Position numbers and translations under genes: made by a program. A stretch of DNA of 64,000 nt from Minisyncoccota bacterium (GTDB taxonomy: Bacteria; Patescibacteriota; Minisyncoccia; Phycocordibacterales; UBA918): the NCBI GenBank assembly GCA_041389045.1, contig JAWKSQ010000003.1, positions 105,598 through 169,597 on the forward strand, written 5' to 3'. The notes below the pieces were generated by a model. The model did no database searches. It was given only the letters and a program-made list of their open reading frames with translations, and was not told the DNA's origin. This document shows, one piece after another, positions 29,217 through 36,987 of this stretch (the stretch's first letter is position 1; every line of letters starts with the position of its first letter).

Positions 29217-31982
29217 TTACACTATACCACCTCCGACTGGGGCTGGGGCCGGTTTTTTCTCATAGCGAGCGGATATCTCCGCTTCGACTTCAGCCCGTGG
29301 GCGACCATAGGCGCGCGCGCTCATTTCTATCATTGCCTTAACCCTACTTGGATCAGACGTAATCGGTGGACGCATCGCCACACTAAAAGGCTTGGTCGGT
29401 ACACCGTTGGCCAAAATACGTACTAGCGCATTGTAGTTTGGGGTATTCATAATATCTTTAGCCGTAAAGACGGGGGCAAACTGCTGTTCCAAGAACTGAG
29501 CGTCTTCAGAACCCACTCGGAAAGCTACTAGTGAACCAACGTTACCAAAGACAGCATCTCTGATGTCTTGATCCAGTTGCGCAATAAACTGATGGACCAC
29601 AGTTAGACTAAGCTTGTACTTTCTCGCCTCAGAGAGAATAGAAGCGATAGCCGGAGTTGAAACGTTCTGGAACTCGTCTATGTGTAGGTAGAAAGGTGGG
29701 AAGCTACGAGTCGGATCGTCCACGCGAGACAAAGCGGCCATTAAGATCTTGCCGACAAAAATCATACCGATCAGATTGGCGTTGATTTCACCCAAGCGAC
29801 CTTTAGATAGATTGACCAAAAGAATTTTTTTCTCATCCATCACTTGGCGGAAGTTAAAGGCAGACTTTTGTTGACCGATAATTGGTCGCATGTAGTCGTT
29901 AGCGGTAAAGACATCGAACTTAGACACGATATACGGCACGATATTTTCAAGTGACGCTTCGCCGCCGGCTTTGGTCGCAATCTCCGTCCAGAACTGAACC
30001 ACTACCGGATTTTTGGCCTTGGACAGTTTGTAGCGACGATACTGTGCATCGACCATCACTCTCGAAATATCCATCAAAGTATTGCCACTTTCTGGATCTT
30101 CCATTACAAGCATGGTGGCATTACGGAAATACTGTTCAAACATTGGTCCCATACTTTCGGGATTTGCGCCGTACAGTTTTTGGAAAATAGAGAAGAGTTC
30201 ATTAACCACGAAGGTTTTTTGCTCAGGCTTGTTGATATCGTACTCCAGCATATTAAGTCCAACCACATTATCCATCCGTGACGGGTCAAAATAAATCACA
30301 TCTTTGGCTCGTTCCGGTGGCATAGCACCAAGCACCTCCTCAATGTCGGTACCATGAGGATCGATCATACAAACACCATTACCCATTTGGATATCCTGAA
30401 TAATAGTATTAGTCATAAACTTGGACTTTCCAGTTCCTGTTTGACCAATAATGTAGAGATGCCTCATGCGATCGAGCTCGGTCATGTAGATAGTCTTTTC
30501 TGAACCACGGTGACGATTTTCACCCAGAATAGTTCCTTCTGTCGGCATATCGGTTGGGGCGGCCGCGGTAGCCGACTGAGACTGCTTAAATTGTGGTGAA
30601 CTGAGGATGCCGTTAGCTGGAAAATGAATGACCGTCGACAGTTCTTTTAGTGACATTGGGATAGTGGCGTTACTCAAAAACTCGCGAAAGGCAAAAGCTT
30701 TCTGCAGACGCAGGAGTGAACCCTTAGCACGCTTAAAAGTAATCGCGTTTCCTTCCACCAAATCAAACTGATTGAAGGTCGACTCTATCTCAGTCATGAT
30801 TTGTTCAGCGCGATTGGGACTTGAGGCCGACACGGCTAGACGAATATTCGTCTCCACAATGTCAGTTTCAATCTTGCGATTAAAAACTTCTATTTTGTCA
30901 CTATCTGGTGAAGTCGTGTCTTTAACTTCGTCTTTTTTGTTCTTGCTAGCAAAAAACAAATCTGTCACCGCTCCCATCAACTCTCCCCCAACCGTACTGC
31001 GAGAAATAGCATCACTAGCACTTTTACCTTTTTGAATTTCCTTAATTATATCTTCGTAGGTTTTGCGGTACTTTTTCTGGGGATGTCTAATCACAAACTG
31101 CACCGCCGCGCCACCACCTTCACGTTCAATCTTAGAAAAAGCATTAAGAATAACCGCTAGTGGGTCGGAAGAAAAACCGTCGGCAGTGCGTAGTGGGTAG
31201 ATAGGGTGCTTTTTTAGTGACGCTTCAGCCACAATATTAGTGCCACCTTCTACGAAGATGTTGTAGTCATGGGCCTTGATAGTCAGTTCTGCATGAGGAA
31301 AGAGTGACAGTGTCTGCTTTTCAAACAGAGTCACAAAGGCATTTGGTACCGCTACATAAAAAACAATGTCGTCACTATTATCAGCCACCGCTATCTCAAT
31401 AACAAAATGATTTTCCGACTGCTTAGAACCGATTGTTCTCAGTCCGGCAAAAAGTTGTTCCATCATGCCAACCAATTCGGTTATTTGGTATTCCCTACCA
31501 TCCGCCTCTTTGATTTCTGGCAAAGTGACTTCAAACAAAGTCATACTAAGCATTTGCCACGGCGGAACGTCTTCCTTCAGATCCTGCACCTTGGCACCAG
31601 AGCGAATTCGCTCCACCATCTGCCGATGCACCTCGTCCACTAAGTAAGCATTATCCATTTTCTCAAGGACTGACAGAGCATTGCGAATCCCCTTCTCTTC
31701 AGCCATTGCCATAATCTCTGCTACCGGGTCATGAGCTTGCGTCGCCAACTCCACAGAAGCCGCTAACTCATGATCATTTAAACCATGTTCCTTATCTAAG
31801 ATGAGTTTCGGTGTAAACTGCGCATATTCTTTTATTTCTTGCTTACCAACAGTCTCGATGTCAGTACGGTCAATTTCTGGCGAACGTGAAAGTAACTCTC
31901 GTTCACGGAGAGCCACTTTTTCACGCAAGTACTTAAGCTCTTCCTCCGGTGAGGAAAATTGTTGTGGGACACCTTCTGGCAT
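29217..31982 (-). CDS. VirD4/TraG/TrwB-like (type IV coupling protein family) P-loop ATPase with a long unknown N-terminal domain
   Basis: Walker A GQTGTGKS (about 30423-30446), Walker B FYLHIDEFQNV (about 29661-29693) and ARKYKLSLTVVHQF. No TM helix was seen. Confidence 0.65.
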   Translation of the reverse strand: MPEGVPQQFSSPEEELKYLREKVALRERELLSRSPEIDRTDIETVGKQEIKEYAQFTPKLILDKEHGLNDHELAASVELATQAHDPVAEIMAMAEEKGIRNALSVLEKMDNAYLVDEVHRQMVERIRSGAKVQDLKEDVPPWQMLSMTLFEVTLPEIKEADGREYQITELVGMMEQLFAGLRTIGSKQSENHFVIEIAVADNSDDIVFYVAVPNAFVTLFEKQTLSLFPHAELTIKAHDYNIFVEGGTNIVAEASLKKHPIYPLRTADGFSSDPLAVILNAFSKIEREGGGAAVQFVIRHPQKKYRKTYEDIIKEIQKGKSASDAISRSTVGGELMGAVTDLFFASKNKKDEVKDTTSPDSDKIEVFNRKIETDIVETNIRLAVSASSPNRAEQIMTEIESTFNQFDLVEGNAITFKRAKGSLLRLQKAFAFREFLSNATIPMSLKELSTVIHFPANGILSSPQFKQSQSATAAAPTDMPTEGTILGENRHRGSEKTIYMTELDRMRHLYIIGQTGTGKSKFMTNTIIQDIQMGNGVCMIDPHGTDIEEVLGAMPPERAKDVIYFDPSRMDNVVGLNMLEYDINKPEQKTFVVNELFSIFQKLYGANPESMGPMFEQYFRNATMLVMEDPESGNTLMDISRVMVDAQYRRYKLSKAKNPVVVQFWTEIATKAGGEASLENIVPYIVSKFDVFTANDYMRPIIGQQKSAFNFRQVMDEKKILLVNLSKGRLGEINANLIGMIFVGKILMAALSRVDDPTRSFPPFYLHIDEFQNVSTPAIASILSEARKYKLSLTVVHQFIAQLDQDIRDAVFGNVGSLVAFRVGSEDAQFLEQQFAPVFTAKDIMNTPNYNALVRILANGVPTKPFSVAMRPPITSDPSRVKAMIEMSARAYGRPRAEVEAEISARYEKKPAPAPVGGGIV

Positions 31983-32065
31983 ACCAATATTGTACAGTAA
32001 CTGTTTACATTTTTACTCGACCATATCCCCTCCCGTCTGGAGCGATATTAGAACTTATTATTCAC

Positions 32066-32540
32066 AAAATCACTTAATTAAAACTTGAAGATACATGAAT
32101 TTCTCAATCTCCTTATATGAATCATCAGCAAGATTGTATGCATTGAATCGATTTCCTTTCCTACTGTATCCACCATGTAGTGAAGGACCACCACCTCCGA
32201 CTTGCGCATCTCTACTGACAAAATATGTTTCTGAATGAAGTCGCGACCTAGAATTTTCAAAATGTTTAAGGTTGGTGACAAAGTCTGAAACGATCTGTCT
32301 TTCTATCCTTTCTTTTTATCAAATAAATCTTCGATGGCTTGATCTTTATTGATATTTTTATCCAGTCTTTAAGATTATATAATTGAAAAGAAAACATAGA
32401 TATAATCTCTTGCTCTCTATAGAAATTCCGTTTCTCTGAAATACGTTATTCTCAACCTCTTTTACTTTTTTATACCATCGTTTTCCGCTCCCATTGCTCA
32501 AGATAATCATCCCCTCGATATTTTGGTGTAAAACTTTCAT
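32066..32540 (-). pseudogene. Decayed P-loop NTPase/kinase-like gene
   Basis: The N-terminus MKVLHQNIEGMIILSNGSGKRWYKK looks like a P-loop. Reading then needs frame changes (NLKDWIKISIK, DKNINKDQAIEDLFDKKK, ERIERQIVSDFVTNLKHF). Confidence 0.35.
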
Positions 32541-32574
32541 TTTATTACTTTAGCGAATAGTCGTCCGGGACAAG

Positions 32575-33066
32575 CTTAGAACTTTTTTAACAGAAATTCT
32601 GAAAATCTTTAGGGGACGAAACGATAGAGATTGCTCGGACTAACTTTTATAGCACCTTCTATTCGTGGTCTTTCGCCTCGAGTGGAAACAATCCATAGAA
32701 GCTGAAGCTAAATTTCTCAATGCTTCTGGCGCCAATTCAGGCCTACTTTCATTACGATGTGTACCACCTTTTTTAAAAGCTGGAACGCGCATCGCACACT
32801 GAGTAATCAAGATAAATTACCAAGTCTGCGCTCCGTAAACGTTCTGCCATTTTTTCATCTATGTATCCTTCAATTACCCATTTCTCTCCTCGATCAGTGC
32901 TTCATGTTTTTTAGATACTCCTCTTCAGGTACCTCTTCCCAATTTCCTTCCAGAATAATTGGTCCATATGAAAAAGGAAGTTGTGTTTTTGATGCAACAA
33001 CTCTTGAAGTAAAACTTTTTCAGATGCACTTATTCCGAGAAGTGCAATTCTTTGTATTCTTCTCAT
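32575..33066 (-). pseudogene. Decayed topology-modulation/adenylate-kinase-like AAA ATPase
   Basis: The ATG at 33066 opens MRRIQRIALLGISASEKVLLQEL, a substituted P-loop. FHMDQLFWKE, EVPEEEYLKNM and WVIEGYIDEKMAERLRSADLVIYLD follow in shifted frames. The 3' end coordinate is approximate. Confidence 0.5.
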
Positions 33067-33125
33067 AGAATACCATCTTGCTGGCCGTCTGGTACAAAGT
33101 TGGAACTTTCTACAAAACCAATCTC

Positions 33126-33188
33126 TATACCCAATTCATGTACAGAGCCAGCTCTAGAGCTAGTTCTGTACTACCAACATCTTCTTAA
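33126..33188. repeat. Left copy of a roughly 60-bp direct repeat with a palindromic core
   Basis: tataccc..gtacag..agctctagagct..tgtactac..catcttc.ttaa recurs at 33750-33807. Confidence 0.7.
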
Positions 33189-33220
33189 GAACATGCAAAG
33201 AGGTACATAATTAACCACAT

Positions 33221-33640
33221 TTATTTAAGCCACCCTGGCAAAACTTCCTTAATCTTAATAGCTTCGTCAAATTCATGATAGTTATTTGTCAGTTCTTTGC
33301 CCACACCTATATCTCTATTGGCAACAAAAAATGGTTCCGGTGAGATATCTAAATCAACCCCTACTGACAGATTATAAGTTTCTCTGCATCATGATTTGTA
33401 TATAGGGCAGGATCGTTTTCCGGTGGAAGACATATTGATTAGTAGTAGACGATAAGTAGGCCACTTATCCAAATAGAGTCTTTTTCTTCCTGGCTTAAGT
33501 CTTGATAATCTGTGACTGATAGAGTTTTATCGTGACCTTCTATAAACTTCCAAACAATTTCCCCTTTAGTATTACTTGATCGGCAAAGACTCCTTTACCT
33601 TGGATATTTGACTCAGCGACCTTATTTTAACTAAATACAT
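33221..33640 (-). pseudogene. SET-domain (protein-lysine methyltransferase-like) gene, frameshifted
   Basis: Segments in different frames read NIQGKGVFADQVILKG, IVWKFIEGHDKTLSVTDYQDL, PALYTNHDAE and ANRDIGVGKELTNNYHEFDE. These match the SET N-terminal GxGVFA, NHS-like and GEELT.Y blocks. Confidence 0.5.
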
Positions 33641-33677
33641 AATGAGACTTTAGTATACCAAGATATTGACCTTTTAG

Positions 33678-33719
33678 ACCCTAAACACCCCAAATGTACT
33701 GGTTTGGGGTGTTTAGGGT
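33678..33719 (+). terminator. 17-bp hairpin followed by a T-rich tract
   Basis: accctaaacaccccaaa / tttggggtgtttagggt with an 8-nt loop, then tgttattatt. Confidence 0.4.
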
Positions 33720-33749
33720 TGTTATTATTAGAGTTTTAAACTGGCCGAT

Positions 33750-33807
33750 TATACCCGTACAGAACTAGCTCTAGAGCTGGCTTGTACTACATCACATCTT
33801 CCTTAAT
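33750..33807. repeat. Right copy of the roughly 60-bp direct repeat
   Basis: See 33126-33188. The central palindrome arms are swapped relative to the left copy. Confidence 0.7.
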
Positions 33808-33847
33808 TTGATAGTGTTCGGTTAGCAAGATGCATCCGCCCGATAAA

Positions 33848-33876
33848 TTGACAAAAGATATATCTGTGATAAAATA
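33848..33876 (+). promoter_or_regulatory. Sigma70-like promoter TTGACA-16-TAAAAT
   Basis: TTGACA at 33848-33853 and taaaat at 33870-33875, preceded by tgtga. Confidence 0.5.
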
Positions 33877-33954
33877 CTAATATTATTAACCTAGGCCACT
33901 AGATTAGGCCAATGTGGCTAATGATAGTGCTCTTTGAATAAAAGGAGAAAGAAC

Positions 33955-34452
33955 ATGACACAGTTGTCACAAAAGGTCATACTCAATTACAGCATGTCGC
34001 TTGCTGACATGCTCACTGCATGTAACATGTCGGCGGTCGACCCTATCGCCTCTGAAGTGGTGACAGATGAATACTTCCCATCAAAGGCACGGGAGTGGTT
34101 GCAATGCCGTTCCTGGAAAGACTTGGGTGAAAAATGGCTCTATCGGGCAGATCGCGCTCGAAGTATTCTCATGGAAAAGGGTTTGCGTCCGGCAACTTTG
34201 CCGGAAATGCTCATGTTCATGGTGAACAACCCGGAAGAAGCCACTAACCATGCCATTGTCGCATTGAGTCCCGCGACCATCAGTCCCGTTGGGAGATTCA
34301 AGAACTGGTACATGGAATACCGACGTTCATTCGTCCCAACAATCATCAACCATACACGCTTCCACAACGGAGCACGGTTGGAGCGTGTTGGCAAACCGGA
34401 AATCTGGCTTGCACCCGAAATGATAGCTGGTTTCGCGGTAATACCAGTATGA
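33955..34452 (+). CDS. Hypothetical protein (165 aa) of cassette D
   Basis: AAGGAG lies 8 nt upstream of the ATG at 33955. The ORF is intact and a hairpin follows downstream. No family recognised. Confidence 0.55.
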   Translation: MTQLSQKVILNYSMSLADMLTACNMSAVDPIASEVVTDEYFPSKAREWLQCRSWKDLGEKWLYRADRARSILMEKGLRPATLPEMLMFMVNNPEEATNHAIVALSPATISPVGRFKNWYMEYRRSFVPTIINHTRFHNGARLERVGKPEIWLAPEMIAGFAVIPV

Positions 34453-34490
34453 ACTGGTGCTTTGCAGTGCTTCCGGAATGAAGTATTACA

Positions 34491-34536
34491 GCCAGATAGT
34501 AATATCTGGCTCACAAAAACACCTCGGGTGGCTTTT
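34491..34536 (+). terminator. Hairpins plus T-run ending cassette D
   Basis: gccagata-gtaa-tatctggc at 34491-34510, then cacc-tcg-ggtg followed by gctttt. Confidence 0.45.
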
Positions 34537-35223
34537 ATATAATTAAATAGTAAACTAATTAAACAAAGGATTAACCGTACTTTTTCTATATTCTTTTACT
34601 CTAGAAACAAATTCTAATTCTTCTCCATGGATTCATAAATTGTGGTAATCCATAACTATCACCTTCAAATCTTAACCCTTCTCCTAAATTAGGATAACCT
34701 TCATTTTTCCATCAATATAGCGACTTGCGTACTGGGATTGCTGATTCATTAAAACTCCTGGCTACATCAGAAAATGACACAACCCTTTCTCATCTACTTC
34801 GAATTTTTACCAGGTCTCTACTTTCAAAATTAATCATTCCAGAAATTATATCAATAATTTGTTATACATTTAAACAGTAACCAAAAGTTGCCTCTATCCG
34901 TTATACAAGTATATGAAATGGCATCCTTTTTAAATGCAACTTTGGCAGTCACATACATCAGCGCCCTTGTGCTGTTTATGCATTGTTAATCAATCCGTCA
35001 CGATACAAGACACCCTACTCGATGGTATCGGGGTCATATCTTTTGTCTTTTCAGCAGCGGTGATGGCTTTTCTATTTTCTACCAACCAGTACTCAAGCTT
35101 ATCGAAAACAAAAAGCCGAAGCTTTAGCGTATTTTTAAAAACCTTAGGTATATTCGGAGCCATCACGATAACCGTATTAACACTAGTCAGTCTGCGTAAG
35201 AAGCTAATGAAACTAGATAGGTA

Positions 35224-35367
35224 CCTACCGCTTCGCGAGTACAGCTTGTTTGTAGGCGTCGAGGTGTTCGAGGGCGATACCAGTTCCGGTCGCAACACAG
35301 AAGAGGGCTTCGGCTAATTGTGCCTTGACGCCGGTGTGACGCTTAACCAATTCCTGGAAATTACGGA
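35224..35367 (-). repeat. Diverged second copy of the last ~48 codons of mreB2
   Basis: It translates to LLRNFQELVKRHTGVKAQLAEALFCVATGTGIALEHLDAYKQAVLAKR* against QLRNFPELVKRRTGVKAQLANEALFCVATGTGIALEHLDAYKQAVLAKR* at 35908-36054. Confidence 0.85.
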
Positions 35368-35907
35368 GTAAAGAAAACTGCTCAATTTGATCGATTGATC
35401 TCTATGAATTAAGCAGCTGTCATCAAGACGACATCTAAACCAGTAAAGAACATCTACCCCATGTATCCTCGACGAACTCTTATACGCCCTGATACTGAAC
35501 CAAGCTCAGTTACAAGGTAACGGTCTGCGACTATAGGGAACCGGAAGTGACTCAATCGCTTAAGCTTGCGTCGAGCCAGTCTAAACGACGGTTAGCATCA
35601 TCTAATTCACCTCCAGTGCTCGAAATCGTGCCTCTCTACGGCTGTCAGCAGTCGCAAACCGTTCATCAAGCATCCGCACTACCTCCTCATTGTTAATTCA
35701 ACATAATTCACCTCTCATTTGAGTAGAGCGCCGTGGCACTATTTTACGTGTGCTGTCAACTCGCGACAGCACGCGACCCCTATGGAAGATGATAACTTCC
35801 ACTCCTCATGCTGACCAATCGCTTTGCAATACAGCAAAAAAACTAGTAAACACTAGTAACAATAATGCCTCACACTATCTAAACGTCAAACTTTTTTATT
35901 AAAATTA
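35368..35907 (-). mobile_element. Cassette G: 0.54-kb promoter-to-terminator module between the two mreB2 3'-end copies
   Basis: TTGACG at 35889-35884, then a 23-codon ORF MLDERFATADSRREARFRALEVN behind GAGGAGG, a repeated gaggtgaatta motif, and a terminator at 35371-35416. Confidence 0.35.
35371..35416 (-). terminator. Terminator of cassette G
   Basis: ctgctcaatt (35378-35387) pairs with aattaagcag (35407-35416). On the minus strand ttttctt follows. Confidence 0.45.
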
Positions 35908-35908
35908 C

Positions 35909-36914
35909 CTACCGTTTTGCCAATACAGCTTGTTTGTAGGCGTCGAGGTGTTCGAGGGCGATACCAGTTCCGGTCGCAACACAGAAGAGGGCTTCGTTGG
36001 CTAATTGTGCCTTGACGCCGGTGCGACGCTTCACCAGCTCGGGAAAATTACGCAGTTGTGAAGTTCCACCAGTCATAATCACACCACCATCAATAATGTC
36101 AGCCAACTCCGGTGGTGTATTTTGAAAAACGTCTTTAATAGCTTTAACCATCTCTCTAAGCTCCTTACTAATTGCTCGCACCACTTCATTGGTGCGAATC
36201 TCCGTCGTCCGTGGCAAACCAGACAGTACATCGCGTCCCTTGATGTCCATAGTCAACTCTTCTTCAGTGGTAAGGCTGAACCAACCGTAATTTTGATTTC
36301 CTCAGCGGTCTTATCGCCAATTGAAAGATTCCTGGTCTTTTTGACATAATCCACAATCGCGGTCAATTCTATTGCCGGCACACTTTACGGAGTTGGCCGC
36401 TACAATGCCACCGAGAGAAATGACTGCGACGTCTATAGTACCTCCACCCACATCGACAATCATGTCCTTGTGGTTCATAGATTGGTATACCAGCGCCGAT
36501 CGCTGCCAAAATCGGCTCCTTAACTACGTAAGCATTACGAGCACCGGCTTTAATCGTCGCCTCTACCACCGCCCGTCTTTCGGTCGAAGTTACTCCCGCT
36601 GGCACTGACACCATCACGTCTGGCTTAAAAATATTGAAACGTGGCAAGGCCTTACGTAAGAAATAGCGAAGCATCGTCTCAGTGACACGATAGTCAGCAA
36701 TGACTCCATCTTTCATCGGCCGGTAGGCTCTAATACTGTCTGGTGTTCGTCCAATCATCCGCTTTGCTTCGGCGCCGACTGCCAACACCTGATTATCTTC
36801 AGATATGGCCACCACTGAGGGTTCATTCAGCACTATCCCTTGTCCAGGTACAAATACAAGAATACTAGTGGTACCAAGATCGATACCAATCTTCGGAGTA
36901 AATTTATTAAACAT
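35909..36914 (-). pseudogene. Second MreB paralog, frameshifted
   Basis: The N-terminal ORF 36914-36369 (IGIDLGTTSILVF) loses frame after IYEPQG. The C-terminal ORF 36256-35909 carries VIMTGGTSQLRNF. Confidence 0.75.
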
Positions 36915-36960
36915 TTCTTATATAGTAGCTCTTTTCCCCAAATGTACCAAGTGGAAATTC

Positions 36961-36976
36961 ATAGCATATATGCTAT
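36961..36976. promoter_or_regulatory. Perfect 16-bp palindrome ATAGCATATATGCTAT in the mreB2 / HTH-murA divergent region
   Basis: Read directly from the sequence. It lies 12 nt upstream of the ATG at 36988. Confidence 0.5.
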
Positions 36977-36987
36977 TATCGAAACGT

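Larger units (their letters stand above)
33808..34550 (+). mobile_element. GC-rich promoter-ORF-terminator cassette D (putative integrated mini-element)
   Basis: About 50% GC against about 37-40% in the flanks. It has the junction gttcg..catcc..aaattgacaaaag, one ORF and a terminator tail ggtggcttttatata. Confidence 0.35.

Noticed and set aside
33126-33807. The 60-bp repeats as terminal inverted repeats of an IS or MITE.
   Set aside because: The flanks are in direct orientation and no transposase or target-site duplication was found. The enclosed gene is SET-like, not a transposase.
34140-34514. 124-aa minus-strand ORF overlapping the cassette D ORF.
   Set aside because: The plus-strand ORF has an AAGGAG RBS, a consensus promoter and a downstream terminator. 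The minus-strand ORF spans the terminator hairpin and lacks such signals.
34560-34990. A possible decayed minus-strand gene, with fragments such as GMINFESRDLVKIRS and NEGYPNLGEGLRFEGDSYGLPQFMNPW.
   Set aside because: Frames change repeatedly and I cannot tie the fragments to any family with confidence. It is left unannotated.
35224-36054. The mreB2 3'-end pair as a DGR template/variable repeat pair.
   Set aside because: The mismatches are transitions and transversions at many base types (c/t, a/g, c/g), not adenine-specific. No reverse transcriptase is present in the window.
36805-36969. N-terminal extension of the HTH-murA ORF, as in the track ORF starting at 36805.
   Set aside because: This part is antisense to the mreB2 N-terminus and translates to low-plausibility sequence. 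The HTH domain begins right after the Met at 36988 (or 36970).
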